64,000 bases of DNA from Limisphaerales bacterium (GTDB lineage Bacteria; Verrucomicrobiota; Verrucomicrobiia; Limisphaerales; JAJOIW01): contig CBFHOE010000007.1 of assembly GCA_965657355.1 (NCBI GenBank), positions 64,001 through 128,000 of the forward strand. Reading direction: 5' to 3'. Below, piece after piece: positions 39,057 through 49,580 of the stretch (position 1 is the stretch's first letter; each line of letters opens with the position of its first letter). Below the pieces are notes generated by a model, which saw only the letters and a program-made list of their open reading frames with translations, did no database searches and was not told where the DNA came from. A program made the translations under genes and the position numbers.

Positions 39057-40055
39057 CTAACTCTCACTTTCGATGAGTGCCTGGAAAGTGGCAAACGCAG
39101 AATTGACAGCTCCCTCTATCTTGCCGCCGCCAAATCCGTCACCAGCTATGTAACCAATAGGTGGACCGCTTAATTTTAGAAAACCGGGTTCCATTTTTTG
39201 GAGTGATAAAGAATACCGCCACCGATGTGGTTGGCATTCAACTACGCTATCGCCAACCCAAGCTTTTGCCTCCTCTAAAAGTTTTTGGGCAGCGATCGAC
39301 AAATCTTCTTCCCAGTTCTCCTCTGCAAAAAGTGGGTCAGAGTGGATGGTAATAAGAGACTCATCAGGATTTTGAGTTGGCAATCCCTTTTGAGTATTGT
39401 CGGCAATCCATGAAATTGGACCGGAATCAAATCTTATCCCCCCCGGCTTGGGAATCTTACTTTCGCCTGAAATCTTAACCATGAGAGCAATACTTGGATG
39501 GTAATTTATATTTTTAAGTATTTTCTCCTCATTGGAATTCAATTGGACTTCTCCATGATGCAACAACCTGAGAGCTTGTTCAGCAGGGCATGTCATAATT
39601 AACAGGTCGGCATTGAAAAACTCACCCTCAGCCGACTTGAGAGCCCAAGAGGAATCCTTGCGTTCAGTAAGATCAATTTTAACGGATGTTTGTATGTCCA
39701 ATCCCTTTGCCAATGCTTTTGGGATCGAGCTCATGCCATTTAATGCCATATAGCGAGGGTGGCCATCCTCGAAAGCCTCCCCGGCAGTGCTGGTCGCAAA
39801 ACCTTTGCTCCAAACTCTCACGACGTCCTTGACTGCTGGATCACTGAGAACTGCCCGCATGTTGTCTCCCCGCGCGGTAAAAAATTGGGCACCATGATCA
39901 ACACGTCCACCTCCAAAGCGTCTTGTGGCCATTCTTCCACCGACACCTCTCCCTTTATCCAAAACCTTAACTTTAAACCCGTGGTTTTGAAGTTTTTTTG
40001 CCAGGATGAGCCCACATATTCCAGCACCCAAGATAATCACATTACTATTATGCAT
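39057..40055 (-). CDS. Renalase-like NAD(P)/FAD-dependent oxidoreductase
   Basis: GAGICG, 'DKGRGVGGRMATRR', 'DHGAQFFT', 'HRWRYS', 'AGD...IEGAVNS'. Confidence 0.9.
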   Translation of the reverse strand: MHNSNVIILGAGICGLILAKKLQNHGFKVKVLDKGRGVGGRMATRRFGGGRVDHGAQFFTARGDNMRAVLSDPAVKDVVRVWSKGFATSTAGEAFEDGHPRYMALNGMSSIPKALAKGLDIQTSVKIDLTERKDSSWALKSAEGEFFNADLLIMTCPAEQALRLLHHGEVQLNSNEEKILKNINYHPSIALMVKISGESKIPKPGGIRFDSGPISWIADNTQKGLPTQNPDESLITIHSDPLFAEENWEEDLSIAAQKLLEEAKAWVGDSVVECQPHRWRYSLSLQKMEPGFLKLSGPPIGYIAGDGFGGGKIEGAVNSAFATFQALIESES

Positions 40056-40137
40056 ATAAATATTTGATGTGTTTTTGCTGTTGTTATGTCATAGAGAAGA
40101 GAATGGTTTTTAATTTATAGAAACCTAATATCTCAAT

Positions 40138-40632
40138 ATGAATAAAAACATCATAACAATAATTGGCTTGATTGCCATTGCCGGCCTTCTTTTCTTTACT
40201 GGCCAGTTAGGATCTTCCCCTGAAAAAACGATATTAAAAAGATTAGATAATTTATCGAAAATTATTCAGATAGCCCCACAGGATGGAAATCTAACCAAAG
40301 CTGCCCACATTTCGGGGTTCTCCGGGTTTTTTACCAAAGACACCTCGGTAAACATTAGGGTTAGGAATAGAGGAGCCTCAGCTGACTCTCGGGGCGAATT
40401 GGTCGAACAGTTCAAAATGTATAAAACAGCTTCTCAAGTAAGATCAATGTCTCTGAAATGGGATAAAGATGCGGCTGAGTTCGTTCATATCAACAAAAAT
40501 GAAATACAGTTAAAAATAAACCTGAAACTAAATTATAATGGCCAAAGTGATTGGTTTAATGGCCCGCTAGATTTGAATTGGGTGAAATCAGAAGGTTCTT
40601 GGAGAATTCGATCTATGATGAATACGAATTAG
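40138..40632 (+). CDS. Membrane-anchored hypothetical protein, NTF2/SnoaL-like
   Basis: N-terminal TM; C-terminal 'LNWVKSEGSWRIRS' beta-hairpin typical of NTF2-like folds. Confidence 0.55.
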   Translation: MNKNIITIIGLIAIAGLLFFTGQLGSSPEKTILKRLDNLSKIIQIAPQDGNLTKAAHISGFSGFFTKDTSVNIRVRNRGASADSRGELVEQFKMYKTASQVRSMSLKWDKDAAEFVHINKNEIQLKINLKLNYNGQSDWFNGPLDLNWVKSEGSWRIRSMMNTN

Positions 40633-40790
40633 ATTTTTCTACAGTTTTACAATGGAAATTACCACCGAATTTACCGCACTATTGGATGATTTTTCTGGAT
40701 TTTATAGCGATTTTATATTAATTATGTATTTAATTACATCCTAATTGCAATGTCCAGGGATGGTCACCTAAAGAGAATCGGAATTTAATT

Positions 40791-41528
40791 ATGGCAAACA
40801 ATCGAGGAGGAAAAGATCCACTAGCAATCACATTTGCAGTTATCGCAATTCTAACATCGGGAGCAGCATTTTTTTTCGGTTACGCTCTCAAAACACAGCA
40901 AGAAGAATCAAAGTCAGCAGTTCTTGCAATCCTCAAGGCCAACAACAAAACATTGGTCGAATACAATAAAATTGTAGAGCAACATCAGTCCGCAATCACA
41001 AGAATTAATGAAGACTTCGAGAAGTTTAAAGAAGATATTTCTCTGCTCTCAAAAGACATTTCTGAAACCCAGCTCTCCATGAGCTCTTTGCAAGACCTCA
41101 TGGATAAAATCGATCCTCAGCTAGCTGAAATTAAACTATCTATTTCAAAAACCGAATCTGATATCAGTGCGGCTAAATCCAAAATAGATAAACAATTTGA
41201 GGATCAAAAAGATATTAGAGTAGAAGTGGAAGGCCTTATTGGAAAATTCAATGGGCTCAACAATTCACTTGCACAAATTAAATCGAGGACATCGCGACTG
41301 AATCAAAAAATAGATTTTCTTGATAAACGTGATTTGAGCTCATTGCCCAAACCAGAACAAGATAACAATAAAGCAAACTCTGAGTCTGATTCATCCACAC
41401 AAGCTTCCAAGGATAAGATTTCCAAACAATCCCAAAACGTAAGTAACTCCAATTCAAAGGAGCAGAATAAGTTTGCTGAATCGGTAAGAGAAATTGCCAG
41501 CAGAAATCATTCGATCTCCAACCAATAA
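40791..41528 (+). CDS. Membrane-anchored coiled-coil protein
   Basis: One N-terminal TM, long heptad-repeat region, polar tail. Confidence 0.6.
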   Translation: MANNRGGKDPLAITFAVIAILTSGAAFFFGYALKTQQEESKSAVLAILKANNKTLVEYNKIVEQHQSAITRINEDFEKFKEDISLLSKDISETQLSMSSLQDLMDKIDPQLAEIKLSISKTESDISAAKSKIDKQFEDQKDIRVEVEGLIGKFNGLNNSLAQIKSRTSRLNQKIDFLDKRDLSSLPKPEQDNNKANSESDSSTQASKDKISKQSQNVSNSNSKEQNKFAESVREIASRNHSISNQ

Positions 41529-41690
41529 TCCTCAGGTAATTCTCTTTTTTAAACTTTACTGGTAAATAATTTATTTTGATACGAATGCAAGTTCTGGACT
41601 CGCATTTGATGACTATTTTCAACTCGGCTTGGTAAAGATTTACGCCCCTTTTTCATTTGAGAAAACCAATTTTTTGGGTATCTTTGTGAA

Positions 41691-44600
41691 ATGCCCAAAC
41701 GATGGTTTTTACTTGTCACCGTTACTTTATTAAGTCTTTTTTTAGCCGACCTGGCGATAGCAAATCCCACAAAACTTTTTAATGGAATAAATCTAGATGG
41801 TTGGTCAGGCTCATCCAGTTCGTGGCGAGTTGAGTCAGGTCGAATTGTGGGAGAAATACCTGACAAATCCAATTTAAAAAATAATGAGTTCCTATTTTGG
41901 GATGGGATGGCTCATGACTTCGATTTAACTCTCAAATTCAAAATTGGTGGCCACCCAACGGCCAATTCGGGCATTCAGTATAGGTCAATTAAAGAACCAA
42001 ATGGTGGAGCATCCGGATACCAGGCCGATCTCGATATGGGTTCAACATGGGCCGGAAGGATTTATGACGAGCATCAGAGAGGTCTACTTTTGGAACGTGG
42101 AACAAAAGCAATTATTTTAGAGTCAGGGGTCAAAGAATCGACAGCATTTAAACCTGCTTCATTCTACAAAAGCGTATTTAAAAAGGATCAATGGAATAAA
42201 TATAGGATCAAGGCGGTTGGATCTAGAACGCAGGTTTGGTTAAACGACGAGTTAACAGCTGATTTAACAGATAGCGAAGCAGGAGAGATGGATCTATCTG
42301 GGAAGATAGCGTTACAACTCCACTCCGGGCCAGGCCCCGTGCGAATAGAGTTCAAAGATATTGTTTTTCATGACTTGGGCAAAACACCGTTACCTGAAGA
42401 CAGTAAAAAAAGAACTTTGGTCAGAGGTGGCGTATCACCAAAAGGCCTTAACCTTGGTTTTGAAGAAGGTTCTCTTGAAGGTTGGTCGACTAAAGGTGAG
42501 GTTTGGAAAGGTAATCCAGTAAAAGGCGATACTGTATTTGCGCGTGGGCGCGGACAAGTGAGCGGCCATGATGGAGAATTTTGGATCGGCGGATATGAAA
42601 AAAGTCTTTCAGACCAGGCACAGGGCGTGCTGACATCAGATTCTTTTGAAGTAATCCATCCGTATGCTAGTTTTCTAGTCGGTGGCGGTTCAACTCCAAA
42701 GACTCGGGTAGATATCATTTTAGATTCAGATCCCGATAATGTGATCTTTTCTGCCTCAGGCAAACAGATGGAAACCTTGCACACGGAATGGGTCGACCTG
42801 AGCAAATATTTAAATAAGCGCATCAAAATACGTGTGGTCGATGAAAGTTCAGGGCCTTGGGGGCATGTAAACTTTGATGATTTTAGGTTTCATAAAGAAA
42901 AGAACGATCAAAAACCAGCGCGCGTCATATCCAGTCCGATATTAAATCACCTTGTTGAAAACCCTGCTGATTTAGATTCTCTGGATCTCATGACGAGTAG
43001 CATGTGGGTTCCAAAAGGGTTTGAGGTTGAGAGGATAGCAAAACAACCCACAGTTACTCAGCCAATAGCCTTCACGTTTGACGAAAAAGGCCGTCTATGG
43101 ATTGCTGAGGCACACTCATACCCACAGAGACGTCCGAATGGCAAAGGATTGGATCGTATCATTATTTTAGAAGACACAGACGGCAATGGTACATTCGAAT
43201 CTAAGAAAACTTTTGCTACAGGCCTTAATTTAGTTAGCGGGCTTGAAGTTGGATATGGTGGTGTATGGGTTGGTGCTGCCCCCCATCTTTTGTATTTTCC
43301 CGACAAGGACCATAACGATGTTCCGGACGGCGAACCAAAAATCCTGCTTGATGGCTGGGGTTATCAAGATACGCACGAGACCCTTAATAGCTTTATTTGG
43401 GGACCTGACGGTTGGCTATATGGTAACCAGGGGGTGTTCTGTCGTTCCGAAATTGGAAAGCCTGGTGACGGGCCTGAGAAGAGAATCGTAATGCGAGCGG
43501 GTGTTTGGCGTTACCACCCTACGAGACATAAATTTGAGGTATTTTCTCGAGGTGGCAGTAATCAATGGGGCATCGATTTCAACGAGACTGGCCACATGTT
43601 TATTACCCACTGCAGAAGCGCATGGGGAAAAGGTTCTACAACATATGTTATCAGAAACGGTCATTACTGGAATCAGTCAAATAGTCACCATGCCTCATTC
43701 ATAGCATCCGGGCCAGCTGGTTATAATCCCAGCACTAATAACAAGTTCAGAAATTTTTTATTAGCCTCTGCATTTTATGGACATGGTGAAGGTGGTGCGG
43801 GGCGTGCTGGATCGCGACAAATATACGGAGGGCATGCGCATGTCGGGACGATGATCTACCTTGGAAATAATTGGCCGTCACAGTATAGAAACCAACTCTT
43901 TACGCACAACCTTCACGGCCATCAAATGAATCGAGAAATCAATCGAAGGTTCGGTTCTGGATATGAGACTATTCCTAGCGGAAAAGATCATCTCTACGTG
44001 CCGTCCCCTGAATTTATCGGAGTGGATCTCAAATACGGTCCAGAGGGTGCGGTCTACTTCATTGATTGGACAGATAGCCAACATTGTCATAACCGTAATT
44101 TGGAAGTTTGGAATAGAGCGGATGGTGGAGTTTTCAGAATGTCATGGAAAAAAACCTTTGAGCCCGGAAATGTTGATCTCACTTCCGCCACCACGCAGCA
44201 ACTTGTCAAATATGTCATTTCTAAAAATGAATGGTACTCAAGGACAGCACGAAGACTCCTTCATGAGAGAGGGGATAAAAAGGCTGTAAGATTCCTTAGA
44301 AGGCAATTAAAAAAATCAAATGATACAGCTGAAGAATTACGATTGTTATGGACACTTCATTTACTCGGCGACAAGAAAACCATTAACCAATCGATCTCAC
44401 ATGACTCAGAGGAAGTGAGAGCTTGGGCTATTCGCTTAAGTCAAGAATCTGGCGAACTCGACTCCAACAAACTAGCGGGATTAGCACAAAATGATTCTTC
44501 ATCGATGGTCCGTTTGGAGATTGCCTCCAGCCTACCTCAATTATCTGAAAATGTGCGGTGGAAGGCAGCTCGCGTGCTGGCAACTCGAGTAGAAGATAAA

Positions 44601-45836
44601 GATGACCCATTTCTTCCAAAAATGATTTGGTATGGAATAGCAGATTTAGTGTATTCCGATGTAGATAAAGCGATTGAAATTGCAAGTATGACCAAAATGA
44701 ATGATTTGAAAGAGTCGATCTATTGGTATTTGAGTCGCAGCCCTTCGGGACGTGAATCCATAATCTCAGGATTAGTCAATAAGTCCATTACCCATCCTGC
44801 GGGAAGAGTCCTGTTGCTTATGGACGAATCTTTATCTCAAACCAAAAATTTAGAAGCCCCCAAAAACTGGAGCACAGTGGTTGCAATGTATCAGTCTGAA
44901 AATACAGCCGAAAGCATCAATTCACTAAGCTCCATTTTTGGGGATGAAGGGACATTATCCGTTATGCGCGAAATTATGGTGAACAAATCGCTTCCCTTTG
45001 AAAAACGACTTTCAGCAATGAATAGCCTAATGTCTCAAGGTGACGATAAGTCTATCGATCAGCTCATTGAAATGCTCGATGGAAAGCAATTTCGAGTTCA
45101 TGTTGTCGGGGCTCTATCTCGCTTTAATGATCCAAGAATACCAGAAGCCCTCATTCCTCTGATCCGTAATACGCCAAAGAAAGACCAGGGTCCGGTTATC
45201 AGGGCATTGGCTTCTCAACCGATTTCGGCGACCGCTCTACTTTTGAAGATAAAGAACGGAGATTTGAAAAAATCCATTCTCAATTCTCTCCACGTCAGGC
45301 AAATGCAGAACTTAAACGAAAGCTCCCTAAATAAACTACTCGCGAATGTCTGGGGTAAGGCCGTGCAATCTAGTGAAGCCAATAGAAAAAAATCAGCTGC
45401 TTACCTAAAAACTTTTAATGAGGCACCCAAATGGGCGCATAAATCAGAGGACGGGCAAGAAGTGTATCATCGACTCTGCTCAAGTTGCCATGTAATAAAT
45501 GGAAATGGAATCGACCTAGGCCCAGAACTTACCGGCTCAGGAGCGAACGGTGCAGCATACTTTATTGAAAATATAGTCGATCCAAATTCTGTAGTCGGGG
45601 AAAACTTTCAACTCAACATCATAACCACAAAAGATGGTTCTGTGATATCAGGCATGGTTGCTGATGAATCAGATCAGGTTCTCTCCGTTAGGACTGTGGA
45701 TCAATTGGTCAATATTCAAAAATCTCAAGTCAAAGAAAGAAACACACTTGAGCAGAGTATGATGCCGGCTGGACTTTTAGATACACTCAGTGAAAAAGAA
45801 GTTGTAGACTTACTAAAATTTCTGACTAGCAATTGA
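41691..45836 (+). CDS. PVC-type membrane-bound dehydrogenase-like protein (DUF1080 + carbohydrate-binding-like domain + beta-propeller + HEAT repeats + CxxCH cytochrome)
   Basis: Signal peptide; 'LFNGINLDGW...NSGIQYR...GYQAD...IALQLH'; 'PIAFTFDEKGRLW...QDTHETLNSFIWGPDGWLYG'; 'CSSCH...GPELTG...SMMPAGL'. Confidence 0.88.
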   Translation: MPKRWFLLVTVTLLSLFLADLAIANPTKLFNGINLDGWSGSSSSWRVESGRIVGEIPDKSNLKNNEFLFWDGMAHDFDLTLKFKIGGHPTANSGIQYRSIKEPNGGASGYQADLDMGSTWAGRIYDEHQRGLLLERGTKAIILESGVKESTAFKPASFYKSVFKKDQWNKYRIKAVGSRTQVWLNDELTADLTDSEAGEMDLSGKIALQLHSGPGPVRIEFKDIVFHDLGKTPLPEDSKKRTLVRGGVSPKGLNLGFEEGSLEGWSTKGEVWKGNPVKGDTVFARGRGQVSGHDGEFWIGGYEKSLSDQAQGVLTSDSFEVIHPYASFLVGGGSTPKTRVDIILDSDPDNVIFSASGKQMETLHTEWVDLSKYLNKRIKIRVVDESSGPWGHVNFDDFRFHKEKNDQKPARVISSPILNHLVENPADLDSLDLMTSSMWVPKGFEVERIAKQPTVTQPIAFTFDEKGRLWIAEAHSYPQRRPNGKGLDRIIILEDTDGNGTFESKKTFATGLNLVSGLEVGYGGVWVGAAPHLLYFPDKDHNDVPDGEPKILLDGWGYQDTHETLNSFIWGPDGWLYGNQGVFCRSEIGKPGDGPEKRIVMRAGVWRYHPTRHKFEVFSRGGSNQWGIDFNETGHMFITHCRSAWGKGSTTYVIRNGHYWNQSNSHHASFIASGPAGYNPSTNNKFRNFLLASAFYGHGEGGAGRAGSRQIYGGHAHVGTMIYLGNNWPSQYRNQLFTHNLHGHQMNREINRRFGSGYETIPSGKDHLYVPSPEFIGVDLKYGPEGAVYFIDWTDSQHCHNRNLEVWNRADGGVFRMSWKKTFEPGNVDLTSATTQQLVKYVISKNEWYSRTARRLLHERGDKKAVRFLRRQLKKSNDTAEELRLLWTLHLLGDKKTINQSISHDSEEVRAWAIRLSQESGELDSNKLAGLAQNDSSSMVRLEIASSLPQLSENVRWKAARVLATRVEDKDDPFLPKMIWYGIADLVYSDVDKAIEIASMTKMNDLKESIYWYLSRSPSGRESIISGLVNKSITHPAGRVLLLMDESLSQTKNLEAPKNWSTVVAMYQSENTAESINSLSSIFGDEGTLSVMREIMVNKSLPFEKRLSAMNSLMSQGDDKSIDQLIEMLDGKQFRVHVVGALSRFNDPRIPEALIPLIRNTPKKDQGPVIRALASQPISATALLLKIKNGDLKKSILNSLHVRQMQNLNESSLNKLLANVWGKAVQSSEANRKKSAAYLKTFNEAPKWAHKSEDGQEVYHRLCSSCHVINGNGIDLGPELTGSGANGAAYFIENIVDPNSVVGENFQLNIITTKDGSVISGMVADESDQVLSVRTVDQLVNIQKSQVKERNTLEQSMMPAGLLDTLSEKEVVDLLKFLTSN

Positions 45837-45908
45837 CAGAGCATGAAAGAAATCTCATCGCATATTGTATTAGAGTAGAAATGGAAACTAAGCTAAGCCT
45901 GTAATGGA

Positions 45909-46544
45909 TTAAGGATTCAATCTCTCTGATTTCCATTTCCCTCCTTCACTGCTATATCTAAATCGATCATGAAGCCTACTTTGTCTGCCTTGCCAAAACT
46001 CAATTTCAGTGGGGGTAACCGCATACCCACCCCAATGCTCTGGATACGGAATTTCCTGGCCGTCCCACTTAATTTTTAATTCATCAAACTTTTCGTCCAG
46101 TTGTTTTCTAGAGAGGAGAGGCTGAGATTGGTACGATGCCCAGGCACCAATTTGACTTAGTCGAGGGCGGCTGTGAAAATACTCTTTTGATTTTTCCAAC
46201 GAAGCTTTTTTACAAATACCTTTGACCCGTATCTGTCTTTCTATTTCAGGCCAGAAAAAATTCATTCCAATGCCTGGATTTCTTTCTAACTCTTTTGCTT
46301 TGTCGGAATCGTAATTTGTAAAAAAGTAGAAATCACCGTCTTCTATGGTCTTAAGTAGAAGTACCCTGGAGCTTGGAATACCGTCAAGACCGATGGTGGA
46401 GACTGTCATAGCTGTAGGTTCACATACCCCCAACTCGAGAGCAGAGCTCATCCAGGTTTCAAAGAGATCAAGTGGCTCCTCTGTTAGGTTCTCCTTGTAA
46501 AGCCCGTTCTTGGTGTATTCCTGTCTGACATCGCTTAGATTCAC
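45909..46544 (-). CDS. pdxH: Pyridoxine/pyridoxamine 5'-phosphate oxidase
   Basis: PSSRVLLLK, FFTNYDS.K, RQIRV, YFHSRP, QIGAWAS.QS, EFWQGRQSRLHDR. Confidence 0.97.
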   Translation of the reverse strand: MNLSDVRQEYTKNGLYKENLTEEPLDLFETWMSSALELGVCEPTAMTVSTIGLDGIPSSRVLLLKTIEDGDFYFFTNYDSDKAKELERNPGIGMNFFWPEIERQIRVKGICKKASLEKSKEYFHSRPRLSQIGAWASYQSQPLLSRKQLDEKFDELKIKWDGQEIPYPEHWGGYAVTPTEIEFWQGRQSRLHDRFRYSSEGGKWKSERLNP

Positions 46545-46557
46545 TATGCAAATTTTT

Positions 46558-47106
46558 TTATGATTGAATCATTCCGGTTTGGCGGGCGTAGTTGAAAATG
46601 CCACCAGCATCGACAACGGGCCTGACATCGCCAAGAGATTTAAATTCATAAACCTTGCCTGTATCTCTAACAGTTAGGGTATTCGCATCAAGATCAACGA
46701 CCAAGTAATCGCCAGTCTGAATTTCTTCGCAGAGCCTTTCCATGAGCTCACACGGATAAAGCTCACCAGTTGCAACGCAGTTTCTGAAAAATATTCTAGC
46801 AAAGCTTTCAGCCAAAACGACCTTAACGCCAGCAGACCCCATGGCTATGGGGGCGTGCTCACGACTAGAACCACAACCCATGTTGCGGCCGCAGAGAACG
46901 ATGGGGAATTTGGTGTTCATTTCCCCTTCGTCTACAAATTTTTCCGGATAAAGTGAGTCGGGTAGTCCAATGAGTGCATAACTACCCAGTTTCTCGTATT
47001 CCTCTTTTATAGTAGGCACAAGATTTAAATACTGAGCCGGAATGATTTGATCTGTATCAATGTTGTCTTTTACAACGTAAACTGGTCCTTCAATTTTCGA
47101 TGCCAT
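46558..47106 (-). CDS. leuD: 3-isopropylmalate dehydratase small subunit (plant-like type)
   Basis: DNIDTDQIIP, GCGSSREHAP, AESFARIFFRN, AGGIFNY. True start is the ATG at 47106 (MASKIEG), not 47346. Confidence 0.9.
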   Translation of the reverse strand: MASKIEGPVYVVKDNIDTDQIIPAQYLNLVPTIKEEYEKLGSYALIGLPDSLYPEKFVDEGEMNTKFPIVLCGRNMGCGSSREHAPIAMGSAGVKVVLAESFARIFFRNCVATGELYPCELMERLCEEIQTGDYLVVDLDANTLTVRDTGKVYEFKSLGDVRPVVDAGGIFNYARQTGMIQS

Positions 47107-47186
47107 TTCCGATAATATAACGATTTTATTCCTCCTGAGCAATCCCTCAAAAGGAGAATTCACAATCACTTTGTTTCCACGAGCGT

Positions 47187-49520
47187 TTGTCGACCATTCC
47201 ATGTTATGGAAGTGTGCCCGACAGAGGGCAAATAGCTTTTGCACAGGGTTCAAGAACCGTATCTCAAATGTTGACTGGTTTGGAATCAGGAGAAAACTAT
47301 CGACTCCAATTTTTCTATAATGTGAGAAACTGTTGCGGAGGAACAATGGGTTTTACAGCAAAAGTTGACGGTTTCGAACTCGAATCGGTTGCTGAAATTA
47401 GCCCATTAGGTGGAGCAAACCCTTATCATTTTAGGAGCTGGGATTTCACGGCCGATAATGACGAAGTTCTCTTAGAAATTGTTAGTGAAGCAGCTGGCGA
47501 TGCTACTCTGTTAGTCGACGCTGTTACGGTTATTCCCATTGGAGAGGATCACGTAAATATTGCTAATGCTAGTTTTGAAGCGAGTGATATTCCCCCATCA
47601 CCAGGATATATCAACCCAGATGGATTAGCTGGGTGGACAGGAACAGGCGGATATGGAGTCAACTTCACAGGTGCAGGCCCATTTGCTGACAATGGTATCA
47701 ACAGTGACCAGGACCTTGTCGCATTTATTCAAGGAAAAGGCAGTTTGAGTCAGACCCTCACAGGGCTACTCAATGGTCAAAATTACAATTTGAAAGTAGC
47801 TGTTAATGCAAGATCCGGTAATGCTCCAATTTTGAGGATCTCAGCTGGTGAAAATATTATCTACGACGAAGCGGTCGAACCAGTTGGTGGGACTGAGCCT
47901 TATGAGCAAGTTGAGGCTAATTTCGTCGCCGAAGCGAGCACGGTTGATTTAAAGTTTGAGCAAATCGCCGAAGGCGATAATACGGTCCTACTTGATAATG
48001 TTACCTTAGTTGGGGAAGCAGTAAATATCCCACCCGTATCTATTTCAATAGATGAAATCTCTCTTCCTGCAGGAACCGCCAATGGCAGCTTTGTGATAAC
48101 CATACCAGAACTCCTCACAATGGATGAAGACGCTGTCATAAAAATCATCAGTCAAAACCCAGAGGTAGCATCTCCAGTAGGGGCGGAAGAAGGAGCTCTT
48201 ACTTTGACGTATCAACAGGGCGGCGATTTAGAGAAAACCATTGAAATAATCGCTAATAGCAGAGGCAACACAACATTCTTACTGGAAGGCCCTAATGGCG
48301 TCTCATTCAATCCATCAACGATTCAAGTTTCTGTGATCACGAGTTTAGTTCGAAATCCTAGTTTCGAATCGAATTACAACTCAACATTCCCCAGTTACTC
48401 ACCCATTGCTTCCTGGGTTGATGGCGATTCAGGAAACCAAGGTGTGAATGAGGCGAACGGCCCTTTTCATGATAACGGAATCATACCTGACAGAGGTCGT
48501 GTTGGGTTCATCCAAACATCAAATAGCTTGCACCAAGATATCGTCGGATTGACTCCGGGGCAAAGTTACCTCCTGGAATTTTATTATAATGCCAGGAGCT
48601 ATGGCTCTGAAAACATTGTAGACATGTCAATAAACTTCAATGAAGAGGAGGTAGATACGATTCTTGATATCAACCCAGTTGGAGAGGACGCCCCATATAA
48701 TTATGCTCGATATGTCGTCACTGCCACTGAGGAAACTGCAAGATTGGAATTCGTGACCAATGCTCAGGGTGACGCGACTGTTCTACTTGACGCCGTTTCA
48801 CTATCCCCAGCGATTGAGGGACAAATTTTATTGGCAAACTCAAGTTTTGAAGCCTCCGGAATAGTTAAACAATTCCCCGGTTATATTCAACCAGCACCAA
48901 TCGCGGGGTGGATGATGGCAGGCAGCTATGGTGTGAATGTATCTGGTGAAGGGCCATTCGCCGACAATGGATCAAATCCTGATCAGGACCTTGTTTTATT
49001 CCTTCAAGGTGCCGATTCATCTGCTTCACAAGTTGTTTCTGGGCTCTCCGAAGGTGAATCTTACATCATTGAGGTGGCAGCAAACGCTAGAGTTGGAAAC
49101 ATCCCGTCGCTGGATATTGCCGTAAATGATTCCTCTACATTAAGAAGAACGATTACTCCGGTTGAGGGAGCAAATCCTTATCACAGCATTATAACAGGAT
49201 TCACAGCCAATTCAGATACCGCTGTAATTAAACTCTCCCAAGTTGCAGAGGGCGATCAAACTGTTCTATTGGACTTGGTAAAGGTCTATCCAGGATTACC
49301 ACCTCAAGAGGCACCAGAATTGATCATACGTGGAGGTGAAGACTCAGTTGCCCTTTCATGGGACACTGACGCGGATAATGTGGAGCTTCTTTCGGCACCA
49401 TCAATTGATGGCCCCTGGACGGTCGTTACTCTTCCAGCTGTTGAAAATAATGGCTTATTGACGGTTACTGTTGCAACCTCACAAGAGGTTCAGTTTTTCA
49501 AATTGATAACTGCCGAATAA
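47187..49520 (+). pseudogene. 5'-truncated extracellular repeat protein (DUF642/galactose-binding-like repeats)
   Basis: Four related repeats (N.SFE...GVN...GPF.DNG...D...F.Q...LLD.V). No signal peptide; the ORF begins mid-repeat with an apparent 1-bp frameshift at 47203-47207. Confidence 0.65.
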
Positions 49521-49552
49521 GAAAGATAGTAAACTAATTAACCTTATCTCAC

Positions 49553-49580
49553 ATAGGACCAGGTTTATACCTGGTCCTAT
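49553..49580. terminator. Perfect 12-bp inverted repeat between convergent genes
   Basis: ATAGGACCAGGT-TTAT-ACCTGGTCCTAT, directly adjacent to the stop codon at 49581. Confidence 0.65.

Noticed and set aside
47107..47346. Long N-terminal extension of LeuD in the ORF track
   Set aside because: It overlaps the opposite-strand repeat gene; LeuD similarity starts at MASKIEG (47106).
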